Shown: positions 1 to 8,565 of the stretch, in pieces | Numbering within the stretch: position 1 is the first letter of the stretch | How the letters are laid out: each line of letters begins with the position of its first letter | Assembly: GCA_049325595.1 (NCBI GenBank) | Contig: JBMOLF010000015.1 | Location: forward strand, 128,001-192,000 | Origin: Candidatus Babelota bacterium | GTDB lineage: Bacteria > Babelota > Babeliae > Babelales > Vermiphilaceae | Direction of reading: 5' to 3' | DNA: 64,000 nt | Position numbers and translations under genes: made by a program | The notes under the pieces: generated by a model | Database searches by the model: none | Seen by the model: the letters and a program-made list of their open reading frames with translations, nothing else | What the model was told of the DNA's origin: nothing

Positions 1-63
1 GTAGATATTTATTGCGCAGAAACTTGTTAGCAAAGCTAATAGTACGTATCTTTTTGTTATCAT
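1..63 (-). CDS. 5' end of a putative secreted protein, runs off the window (MITKRYVLLALLTSFCAINIY...)
   Basis: ATG at 63-61 with upstream AAGGA; signal-peptide-like open frame to the window edge. Confidence 0.6.
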   Translation of the reverse strand, partial: MITKRYVLLALLTSFCAINIY

Positions 64-86
64 AATTTTTTCCTTATCAATAACTC

Positions 87-638
87 TTATCCAAAGCGAT
101 ATTCCACAATAGTACCGTTTACTTGCTCACGTATGTTAAATATTTGATTGGTTTTTTTATCTTTACGGCATAATTGGTAATCGAACATATGGTTAGGTCT
201 TTGCGTAATCAAAGCTTTATAATAAGAGTGTTTATACTCAAATCTTGAAGAAAGATTGGTTGTAGTTTCCCCATTTAGCAATTGATCTATTGTATCGTGA
301 ATTTGTTTTATAACTTCTTTAGTTTCTGCCAAAACCTCATTATTATAAGCACTATCTTCAATGCTTGGTGCTTTAATAGTATTGTTAGATGTTGCGGATG
401 GAGTAGATGTTTTTTTGATGTATTTAATAAGACTTATCGCTGCAATTGTACCAATAGCGCCGCCTATTACAAGCTTGGGATTATTGGTAATTTTATTTAA
501 AAGATAATCGCTCGATTGGCCAGCAATTTTTGATAGGGTGCTTAATGCCGTAGAAGCTTTATCCTGCCAACCGGCATGTGCGGACTGATTTGCAAGAAAT
601 AATCCGGCCATAAGAACAGATATAGTAAAAAATTTCAT
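87..638 (-). CDS. Hypothetical secreted/membrane protein
   Basis: ORF track 87..695; ATG at 638 follows a GGAGG SD and begins a signal peptide (MKFFTISVL...AHA). Confidence 0.7.
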   Translation of the reverse strand: MKFFTISVLMAGLFLANQSAHAGWQDKASTALSTLSKIAGQSSDYLLNKITNNPKLVIGGAIGTIAAISLIKYIKKTSTPSATSNNTIKAPSIEDSAYNNEVLAETKEVIKQIHDTIDQLLNGETTTNLSSRFEYKHSYYKALITQRPNHMFDYQLCRKDKKTNQIFNIREQVNGTIVEYRFG

Positions 639-868
639 AAATAACCTCCAAAAATATATATCAATATAGACTACCAGTTTTGATATTTTTTTCAATTTGA
701 ATATAATTGCGGGTGTTTAAGGCTAATTATTTATGCTAAAATAATCCAGTTTTAATATATATAACTATGGAGAAGCATGAGATACTTGTTTTTTGTTAAA
801 AATGGTGCTTTAGGGTTATTGATACATTTTTTATAAAAAATTTAAGGTATTTTTCTAATTTATAAGAG

Positions 869-895
869 AAGAGGAAGCAAATCCAACTTCCTCTT
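869..895 (-). terminator. Hairpin terminator after dnaK-tail copy 1
   Basis: AAGAGGAAG...CTTCCTCTT inverted repeat. Confidence 0.6.
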
Positions 896-903
896 ATGTA
901 ATC

Positions 904-939
904 TTAGCTAATGTCAGCATCGATTGGGTTGTCAGATTT
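904..939 (-). repeat. dnaK 3'-end copy 1 (36 bp, encodes KSDN-PIDADIS*)
   Basis: Aligns to dnaK 5309-5347 with three synonymous changes and one codon deleted. Confidence 0.85.
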
Positions 940-1708
940 TTTGCAAATGATGCATACAAAGACTATTTGTTTGCTTGAGCTTTTTTGCAATAGATTTTAA
1001 TTCAGAATGTGAAGCATAACCGTACTCACTATGGTCGGTTGAGGCAGTAACATATTCCTTAAGGCAGTGGTAGCATTGTGTCGCATGTGCACCTTCTATA
1101 TCAGCTCTATGTTCAGCATACCGGTGATATTTTTTCGACACAGCAATAGCTGTCAGTATTTCAGCGATGGAAGAAAAAAATTTTGTGCGTTTGTTTTGCG
1201 CAAATATTTTTGAAATAGTAAATCTGCTTGCATAATAACCGGAGAACCAACAGAGCAGCATGCTTATTGAATCATCATATTTATAATGAATTGCTTCATG
1301 ATGCATGATAAATCTTTTGAACCCATAAAAGGGTGAGTATTGTAATGCTGTTTCATTTACGAAAATACCCTCTGAGTTAGTTAAAGCAACAGTCTCATAA
1401 TTAAAAAATTTCTTTCTAAAATTTGATGTATAAGTAGTTTTTACCGGTGGTAAAGTAAGTAGTGGTCCATTAAGAGATTGTTTAACTTCATTAGCAAGTT
1501 GCTGGTATTCTTCTGACGCAATCGAATCACTTAATCCCAGAGGTTTTTTTATAATTGTATGAACAACATGCATGAATTTTTTTATCGGAATTAATATTTT
1601 GGAATGTGCTAAATAAGTTTGGCATTTGTCAAATTGATTTGGCTCGTTACTAAAACAAACGTTAAAGAAAAATAATAAAGTGATTAATGAGAATTTTTTT
1701 ATTTGCAT
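932..1708 (-). CDS. Secreted HExxH zinc metallopeptidase-like protein (M48-like)
   Basis: Signal peptide, HHEAIH motif, downstream EHRAD. Confidence 0.65.
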   Translation of the reverse strand: MQIKKFSLITLLFFFNVCFSNEPNQFDKCQTYLAHSKILIPIKKFMHVVHTIIKKPLGLSDSIASEEYQQLANEVKQSLNGPLLTLPPVKTTYTSNFRKKFFNYETVALTNSEGIFVNETALQYSPFYGFKRFIMHHEAIHYKYDDSISMLLCWFSGYYASRFTISKIFAQNKRTKFFSSIAEILTAIAVSKKYHRYAEHRADIEGAHATQCYHCLKEYVTASTDHSEYGYASHSELKSIAKKLKQTNSLCMHHLQKI

Positions 1709-1828
1709 GAATCTCCTTTTTTTGGCAAATCTTAGTGTACAAAAATCAAAACTTCAACAGACTAAAATAATTGAATAAACAGAGAAAACCTTCTTATCAA
1801 TTTTATCAGATCAACAGCTATTCTTAAA

Positions 1829-2545
1829 TTAAAAATAATGCATAGTCGATTTTAATTCTTTAATATAAGACAATTGTCGCTGATAGGTATCTAAAAATTG
1901 ATCTTCATTGTGTGGATTAAGGCCAATAAGAAGATTGCCTAATCCATATATAAATATAATCAAGGAGACAGCAGATCCCCATCCAAGTACGAGTTCTAAA
2001 TTATTAAGATTTATTTTTGCTTGAAAAAGAGTATTTAGTTTATGAGAATTCAAGAAACGTCGGCCAGAAACAAATAAAGCTCCGCAGAATGTCTCAACCC
2101 GCATCCCTTGTTGCTGAAATTCTTTTTTAATAAAATTAAATTTTGATTTACTTTGCGTATACCATTTCTTGTAACTAATATAAAGCAAATAATTTAGCCC
2201 AGAACTGATGGCTATTGATATACATCCGTTGCGAATTGATTTATAATCGTACCTTTTGTTTTTAAATGATTCAATTCTTTTGATCCTCATTTCAAGTTTA
2301 TTTTCTAAGTCTAGCAATAATCCAAATTTATCTAATTCAAGAGATAATGAATCTAATGCGCTCTTAATCATTTCTTGAAATGTTTGATCATTAATATTTT
2401 TACTTTTGTTGAGAAATGCATTTGTGTCTTCTCTTAACAAAGTATAAGACAAAGGATGATTGTAAAAAAATGAATAGTTGTTGGAAGTTGTAGTAACCAA
2501 TATTAAAAATATAATTTTTAAAATTAAGCTCTTAACTAAATACAT
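1829..2545 (-). CDS. Hypothetical membrane protein
   Basis: 238-aa ORF with N-terminal hydrophobic stretch and two further TM-like segments. Confidence 0.65.
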   Translation of the reverse strand: MYLVKSLILKIIFLILVTTTSNNYSFFYNHPLSYTLLREDTNAFLNKSKNINDQTFQEMIKSALDSLSLELDKFGLLLDLENKLEMRIKRIESFKNKRYDYKSIRNGCISIAISSGLNYLLYISYKKWYTQSKSKFNFIKKEFQQQGMRVETFCGALFVSGRRFLNSHKLNTLFQAKINLNNLELVLGWGSAVSLIIFIYGLGNLLIGLNPHNEDQFLDTYQRQLSYIKELKSTMHYF

Positions 2546-2717
2546 TGATTTCTCATAAAGGTTTTATTTAACACTCATTTTTATAATATAACAGTTTTGG
2601 AAAATACTTTTATATTCGTTATTTAAGTCTAGAGTTTTATTATTTTTTATTAGTACAATTGATTTCGTGTAAGGTCAATTATTAAGAGTGCAAATAATAA
2701 GATGTTTTTAAAGAAAA

Positions 2718-2741
2718 AAGGGAACCTTTTAGGGTTCCCTT
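2718..2741 (-). terminator. Intrinsic terminator after dnaK-tail copy 2
   Basis: AAGGGAACC-loop-GGTTCCCTT with adjacent A-tract (U-tract on minus strand). Confidence 0.75.
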
Positions 2742-2763
2742 AAGTTTTATGGCTAACCAGATC

Positions 2764-2822
2764 TTAGCTAATGTCAGCATCTATTGGGCCATTGTCAGAC
2801 TTTTTGTCGTCTGATTCTGGTT
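2764..2822 (-). repeat. dnaK 3'-end copy 2 (59 bp), in frame with the kinase ORF
   Basis: 51/59 identical to dnaK 5309-5367; encodes [18 protein letters not shown]. Confidence 0.92.
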
Positions 2823-3546
2823 GTTGTCTTATTTCATAAGAATGATCATTTTTTTTGAAAATTACAAAATCTGCATATTGTTTAGTTGGAGCTATTGTTT
2901 TATGATAGTCTTCCATATCCCATTTTATATCTTCATCAAATTTTTCACGTGTTCGTGCTTTTTCTGGTGTTCTCAGTTCTCTTTTCCAATTCCATTCAAT
3001 AATATCTGTGTCATCAGCATCAAGAAAAACTCTTATACTGCTATATTTTAAAAAGTCATAACTTGTAGAGTCACACAAACAATAAATGCCTTCAAATAAG
3101 ATGAGATTAACATTATGAAAACAAGCAACTTCTGTATCTTTAGTGCTCACTTTTTCTGCGTGATCCCAGATTGGTTTTTCGATGTGTTCTTCTCCTGAAA
3201 TAATTTTCGAGAGAGTATCATGTAGTTTTATGTGATCGAAATTTTTATGGATTAATGGATTTTCTACCGGGGTAGGTTGTAGAAAGTCATCAGCCTTTAA
3301 AATTTTTACTTTAACCCCTTGCTGGCGCAATAATTTTGAAAGTTTTCTGGTGAAATAACTTTTGCCTACGGCAGAACAACCGGCAATGGCAATGATAGGT
3401 TTTGAAGAGGTAGGATTATCTGCGTGTTGTTGTGCTAATTTTTTTGCTTGTTCTAATAAAGGAGTGCATATAATTTCAAAATTATCTTCGCTTGCTTTAA
3501 TACTACTAATTAGGCTTAAAATCAAAATAATAGTAATTTTGTACAT
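2764..3546 (-). CDS. Uridine kinase/phosphoribulokinase-family P-loop kinase with signal peptide and DnaK-derived C-terminus
   Basis: IAIAGCSAVGKS P-loop, DDF, LFEGIY, VFLDAD, PTKQYADFVI motifs. Confidence 0.8.
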   Translation of the reverse strand: MYKITIILILSLISSIKASEDNFEIICTPLLEQAKKLAQQHADNPTSSKPIIAIAGCSAVGKSYFTRKLSKLLRQQGVKVKILKADDFLQPTPVENPLIHKNFDHIKLHDTLSKIISGEEHIEKPIWDHAEKVSTKDTEVACFHNVNLILFEGIYCLCDSTSYDFLKYSSIRVFLDADDTDIIEWNWKRELRTPEKARTREKFDEDIKWDMEDYHKTIAPTKQYADFVIFKKNDHSYEIRQQPESDDKKSDNGPIDADIS

Positions 3547-3669
3547 ACTGACCTTTTTTTGTTAATAAAATTTTTTAAATCACAAAAGTTTAATACAAAA
3601 TTATTATCAGAGCAATGGCCTAACGCTATAAGCTATACAAAATACCTAATTGCAATGTTTAAAGAAAAA

Positions 3670-3694
3670 AAGGGAACCTTTTGAGGGCTCCCTT
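3670..3694 (-). terminator. Intrinsic terminator after dnaK-tail copy 3
   Basis: AAGGGAACC...GGCTCCCTT, nearly identical to 2718-2741. Confidence 0.7.
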
Positions 3695-3718
3695 ATCGTA
3701 TAAGTGCTAATCTACTAT

Positions 3719-3825
3719 TTAGCTAATGTCTGCATCAATTGGACCATTGTCAGATTTAGTATCATCTAATTCTGGTTTTTGTTCTGCACCTTCAGCGCCG
3801 CCTTATTTGTATAACAATTCAGCTA
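3719..3825 (-). repeat. dnaK 3'-end copy 3 (107 bp, orphaned, with an internal CAA>TAA stop)
   Basis: 101/107 identical to dnaK 5309-5415. Confidence 0.95.
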
Positions 3826-3959
3826 GTTTTGTATATTGTTGAATAAATATGCATTAGTAATCGATGCCTGAGTTTAACGCATTTCTCTATTGAAGCATCA
3901 AATTGACAAAATCTTAAAATAATATATTCTAATAGAAACAATAAAGCGGGGGAAGAATT

Positions 3960-5177
3960 ATGAATAAAAAATTACTTTATGTTTTTTTAGTTGCATTTCT
4001 TTTTGATCATGGTTCGATTAGTTCGGCTGAAAAAAATTCCAAATTAATCTTTAATACGCCACTTAGTAATAGATTAAAAAAAGATTTTTTTCTTCAAGCT
4101 ACGCAAAAAAAGTCATGGGAAAAATCTTGCGAGCACATTTACAATAAATATTCCAATAACAAAAAAGACATAAGTCCTTTGGGTGTAGGTTTAGATGTAA
4201 CAAATCAAATCTCTTTCAATAGTCAACACGCAAACAAATCTCAAACTGATGCTTATTTATCTGTGATTAGTTTTAATAAGAGTCTATTTTGGCCAATAAT
4301 AGAGAGATGCAACATGCAATTGTTAATTAAAAAAATGATTGAACAAGAACGCATTATGGCAAAAACGCATTATGTTTTTTATCATGGTCAGAATAATACC
4401 TTTATCTTGTTGCAAGATATATTAAAAGAATTTGCTCAATTGAATTCTCAACATACCACCAATGAGAATTTTGAATTTTTACGATCACCATTTTCATCTC
4501 TAAGCGGCACTACAGTTCAAGATTTTCTAAAGGAAACGTTGGAAAAGTATCCATGCAGTAATTACGACAAAAAACCTGATATTAGCTGTCATCTTATTTC
4601 AGCTAATTTAAGTATTTTTGGTAATGAAACGCGCAACGGTGAAAATTCACTTTTTTATTTTTTGACTAACTACAGTTCATCACTAAATGATTTAAAAAAA
4701 ATTATTACTGAACTATTTATCAAGCTTAATATTGATCAAAATCATGTAGACAAGGTAATCAATACATACAAGCCCTTATTCAACAAATCAAATTATGGCC
4801 TTATGCAGCAGATTTTCATTCCAAAAAACCTTGTTGATTCTTGTGTTTATTTATCAGAGCCCTTTGGTATTCCTTACAAAGAGCAAATTGATAAAAATAC
4901 TTTTGATACTGTAAAGCGTATGCATACCAAAATTTCTTCTATTTTGGAGTTATACCAAAAAGAACCTGAAGCACTCAACAAGTCAACTTGGTACAAGTGG
5001 TTCACGCTATCAGAGAGTCATTTGATGAAAATGCAAGCCCGAATTTTAATGACTAAGGATATAATGCTAAATCCCAACAGTGGTGTAAAAATTTATCGAC
5101 ACCATAAATTTGATGTTGAGGTATACAATCAGTGTAAAGCAGAGTTGAGAAAAATTATTAATTTAATAAGATCATAA
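3960..5177 (+). CDS. Hypothetical secreted protein (YVFYHG motif)
   Basis: 405-aa ORF, GGGGGA SD, signal peptide. Confidence 0.75.
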   Translation: MNKKLLYVFLVAFLFDHGSISSAEKNSKLIFNTPLSNRLKKDFFLQATQKKSWEKSCEHIYNKYSNNKKDISPLGVGLDVTNQISFNSQHANKSQTDAYLSVISFNKSLFWPIIERCNMQLLIKKMIEQERIMAKTHYVFYHGQNNTFILLQDILKEFAQLNSQHTTNENFEFLRSPFSSLSGTTVQDFLKETLEKYPCSNYDKKPDISCHLISANLSIFGNETRNGENSLFYFLTNYSSSLNDLKKIITELFIKLNIDQNHVDKVINTYKPLFNKSNYGLMQQIFIPKNLVDSCVYLSEPFGIPYKEQIDKNTFDTVKRMHTKISSILELYQKEPEALNKSTWYKWFTLSESHLMKMQARILMTKDIMLNPNSGVKIYRHHKFDVEVYNQCKAELRKIINLIRS

Positions 5178-5253
5178 ACACGATAATAACAATTAAGAAA
5201 AAAAAGCTTGCTTAGTACAAGTAAAAAAAATTTTTCCTTGTAATTTAGAAACA

Positions 5254-5280
5254 AGAGAGGGGCGTAAAGCGCCCCTCTCT
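5254..5280 (-). terminator. dnaK terminator (possibly bidirectional)
   Basis: AGAGAGGGGCG-TAAAG-CGCCCCTCTCT hairpin. Confidence 0.85.
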
Positions 5281-5308
5281 TTATATTTACTACTGGCCTA
5301 AAACAACA

Positions 5309-7192
5309 TTAGCTAATGTCTGCATCAATTGGACCATTGTCAGATTTGGTATCATCTGATTCTGGTTTTTGTTCTGCGCCTTCAGCGCCACCTTGTTTGT
5401 ACAACAATTCAGCTACTTTGTGAGACGCTTTGAGCAATTCATCGTGAGCTTTTTGCAATTCTTCTGCATTATGCTCATGTTCTTTGAGTGCAGATTTAGC
5501 TTTATCGATTGCTTGTTGCAGATCTTGTGCATCTTGAGCAGGGATTTTTTCTTTATTCTCTGCTAAGGTTTTTTCGATTTGCAAGATGGTGCCATCAAGT
5601 TGATTTCTTTTTTCAACTGTTTCACGGGCTTTTTTGTCTTCAGCTTCGTGTGCTTTTGCATCTTGTACCATGCGATCGATTTCTTCTTTGCTTAAGCCGC
5701 TGCTGCTGGTAATAGTGATTTTTTGCTCTTTACCAGAAGCTTTGTCTTTTGCAGAAACATGTACAATACCGTTAGCATCGATGTCAAACGACACTTCAAC
5801 TTGTGGAACGCCACGAGGAGCGGCAGGAATACCTTCTAATCTGAATTGGCCAAGCATTTTGTTATCTTTGGCAAATTCACGCTCACCTTGGAATACACGA
5901 ATATCTACGGCTGTTTGATTATCTTCAGCAGTTGAGAATACTTGTGATTTCTTGGTTGGGATTGTGGTATTACGTTCAATTAACTTGGTCATCACGCCGC
6001 CAAGGGTTTCAATACCAAGTGACAACGGAGTAACGTCAAGCAAGAGTACATCCGTTACTTCACCTGCTAATACACCACCTTGAATTGCAGCGCCAACGGC
6101 TACTACTTCATCAGGGTTTACTGATTTGTTAGGTTCTTTACCAAAGAACTCTTTAACTAATTGCTGTACTTTTGGAATACGGGTTGAACCACCAACTAAG
6201 ATAACTTCGTCAATTTGGCTTGGGCTTAATTGTGCATCAGCAAGTGCGCGTTTGCATGGTTCGAGTAAGCGTTTGAAAATGTCTGAGCAAAGAGACTCAA
6301 GTTTTGCACGAGATAATTTGATATTCAAGTGCTTAGGACCGGTTGCATCAGCAGTGATGTAAGGCAAATTGATATCGGTTTCGTGTAAGGTTGAAAGCTC
6401 TTTTTTTGCTTTCTCAGCCGCTTCTTTTAAGCGCTGTAACGCCATGCTATCTTTAGTAAGATCGATGCCTTGCTCTTTTTTAAATTCATCAGCAATGTAA
6501 TCGATTAACACATGGTCAACGTCGTCACCACCAAGATGGGTGTCGCCATTGGTTGAGCGCACTTCGATAACGCCATCATTAATTTCTAGGACTGAAATAT
6601 CAAATGTACCACCACCAAAGTCAAACACGGCAATAGTACCACTTTTTTTCTTATCAAAGCCATAGGCTAATGCTGCTGCAGTAGGCTCGTTGATGATACG
6701 TTTTACTTCTAAGCCTGCAATGCGACCTGCGTCTTTGGTTGCTTGACGTTGTGAGTCGTTAAAATAAGCAGGTACCGTAATTACCGCTTCGGTAACTTTT
6801 TCGCCTAAAAACTCTTCAGCGGTTTGCTTGAGTTCGCTCAAAATAGCCGCAGATATTTCTTGTGGGGTATATTCTTTGCCTTGTGCGACGATAGCAATGT
6901 CGCCATTGCTGCGCTTTACTATTTTGTAAGGCATTTTTTTGATTTCATTGGTCATTTCATCATATTGATGGCCAATGAAACGCTTAACTGAATAAATGGT
7001 GTTTTCAGGGTTGGTAACTGCTTGACGTTTTGCTAAGGTACCTACCAAACGTTTGCCATCTTTGGTAAATGCAACGATAGAAGGGGTTGTATTTGAACCA
7101 TCTTTATTAGGAATAACTTTCGGGGTACCACCTTCCATGAAGGCTACTACCGAGTTGGTTGTTCCTAAATCTATGCCAATTATTTTTGCCAT
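5309..7192 (-). CDS. dnaK: Molecular chaperone DnaK (Hsp70)
   Basis: [36 protein letters not shown] signatures. Confidence 0.99.
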   Translation of the reverse strand: MAKIIGIDLGTTNSVVAFMEGGTPKVIPNKDGSNTTPSIVAFTKDGKRLVGTLAKRQAVTNPENTIYSVKRFIGHQYDEMTNEIKKMPYKIVKRSNGDIAIVAQGKEYTPQEISAAILSELKQTAEEFLGEKVTEAVITVPAYFNDSQRQATKDAGRIAGLEVKRIINEPTAAALAYGFDKKKSGTIAVFDFGGGTFDISVLEINDGVIEVRSTNGDTHLGGDDVDHVLIDYIADEFKKEQGIDLTKDSMALQRLKEAAEKAKKELSTLHETDINLPYITADATGPKHLNIKLSRAKLESLCSDIFKRLLEPCKRALADAQLSPSQIDEVILVGGSTRIPKVQQLVKEFFGKEPNKSVNPDEVVAVGAAIQGGVLAGEVTDVLLLDVTPLSLGIETLGGVMTKLIERNTTIPTKKSQVFSTAEDNQTAVDIRVFQGEREFAKDNKMLGQFRLEGIPAAPRGVPQVEVSFDIDANGIVHVSAKDKASGKEQKITITSSSGLSKEEIDRMVQDAKAHEAEDKKARETVEKRNQLDGTILQIEKTLAENKEKIPAQDAQDLQQAIDKAKSALKEHEHNAEELQKAHDELLKASHKVAELLYKQGGAEGAEQKPESDDTKSDNGPIDADIS

Positions 7193-7268
7193 GGATTTAG
7201 CCCTTTAGTTTTATAGTTGGTTTTCGTTAAAAATATTTGATTTTAATAATCTCATAAAATCCCTATAA

Positions 7269-7298
7269 ATTATAGATAAAACATACCCCCTCTGTCAA
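7269..7298 (-). promoter_or_regulatory. Consensus sigma70 promoter of dnaK
   Basis: Minus strand TTGACA (7298-7293), 18-bp spacer, TATAAT (7274-7269). Confidence 0.75.
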
Positions 7299-7432
7299 AC
7301 AAATACTAAAAAAATCTTAGTCTTTTACACTAAGCTTTTATATAAATAAAAATTTAACTTTTAACCTGAATAAATTTATGTAAATTTTTTCTATGTTCGA
7401 TAATGTTTCACACAGGCATAAATAATTATAAG

Positions 7433-7465
7433 CGTCGCATAACGAAAGTATTCTGTAACAATATT
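7433..7465 (+). other. dif-like/protein-binding motif, copy A
   Basis: CGTCGCATAACGAAAGTATTCTGTAACAATATT; related copy on minus strand at 52731-52761. Confidence 0.4.
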
Positions 7466-7639
7466 CGATCGACGCACTTGATTGACCTGTTTTTTTTCTG
7501 ATTTTGTTTGCGCGATTTGAGCCCTTATTTATAAGGTTTTTAGGAGTAATTGATTCGCGCGGCGCGCGACAGGGCACTCCGTCTGCACCCCTCAGCCCAT
7601 TTTGTGGGTAGGGAAGGGGGGCTTACGGGGATTTGACTC

Positions 7640-8400
7640 CGTTAAAAACAGGAAGCAGGAGGAAGAAGAGGAAAGCGAGGGGGAAAGGATTAAAAATAGG
7701 GGAAAGAAAGGATGGGGGAGAAAATAAGGGAGGAATAAATAAAAGAGATAGGTTAGGTGTAGAGGTATAAGTAATAAGAATAATAGACACCTGTATATAA
7801 GCACATGGCATGACTTAGCTAAAAGATAAATAAATATGATGTATGATGTAGGAATTAAAACTATATAGCATTAAAACAAAGTAAAAACTTACTTATATAA
7901 AAAGTATACAAGAGAATAAGATATGAGAGATAAGAGAAAGAGAATATGCATGATATATAGACTTAGAATATATAGGGTGAAGATAAATAGAAATCTAAAG
8001 ATTAAGAAATAAGAGCAAAGTCAAAAACTAAGACTAAGAATACTCGCTAAAGACATAACTAGTACTAAGATTAAACAAAGAAGAAGAGTAATAAACAATA
8101 AGCAAAACTAACCGATAAGAAATAAACAATAATAAAGCAAACTAATAAGATAACCAAGAAGAACAAGAAGCTCTATAAATTTATGGAGCAAAAGAAGAAC
8201 TTAAGCAAGAAGGCAAATACCAATAAGAAATCTACTGATTATTATTAGAAGAGTATAACTAGCTAATACTAAAAAAAGACGTAGTTAGAAAAGAAGAAGG
8301 GTGATAAGAATAAGAAGAAGAAGAAAAGGAATATATCTTATTAAAATACCGTTAAGAGGAAGATCAAAAACTCCACATCGCATGAAAAGAACAGTAAGAC
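7640..8400. other. Non-coding, purine-skewed low-complexity tract
   Basis: Plus strand A/G-dominated (one C in 7661-7760); no credible ORF. Confidence 0.8.
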
Positions 8401-8565
8401 AATATCTTCACACGAACCAATCAAACGTTGCGCAATAATTTGAGCCAAAATAACCAATAGATACGCTATTTTTTCTCATTTAATAGTTTTATTTGTTAAA
8501 AAAATAAGTAGTCCAATATATTTTTTTTTACATTATATTTTTAGATGAAAATCATACTTATCATA

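Noticed and set aside
904..3825. CRISPR array or integron attC array
   Set aside because: The repeats are dnaK coding sequence of unequal length, are not palindromic and are separated by kb-scale genes; no cas or intI
7616..7637. tmRNA-like 5' end (GGGGGGCTTACGGGGATTTGAC)
   Set aside because: No T-arm/CCA acceptor end or pairing partner found downstream, or convincingly upstream; the following sequence is low complexity
7338..7811. Short minus-strand ORFs (7338-7577, 7592-7804, 7623-7811)
   Set aside because: L/F/P/S-rich translations are by-products of the pyrimidine-rich strand; no SD or recognisable domain
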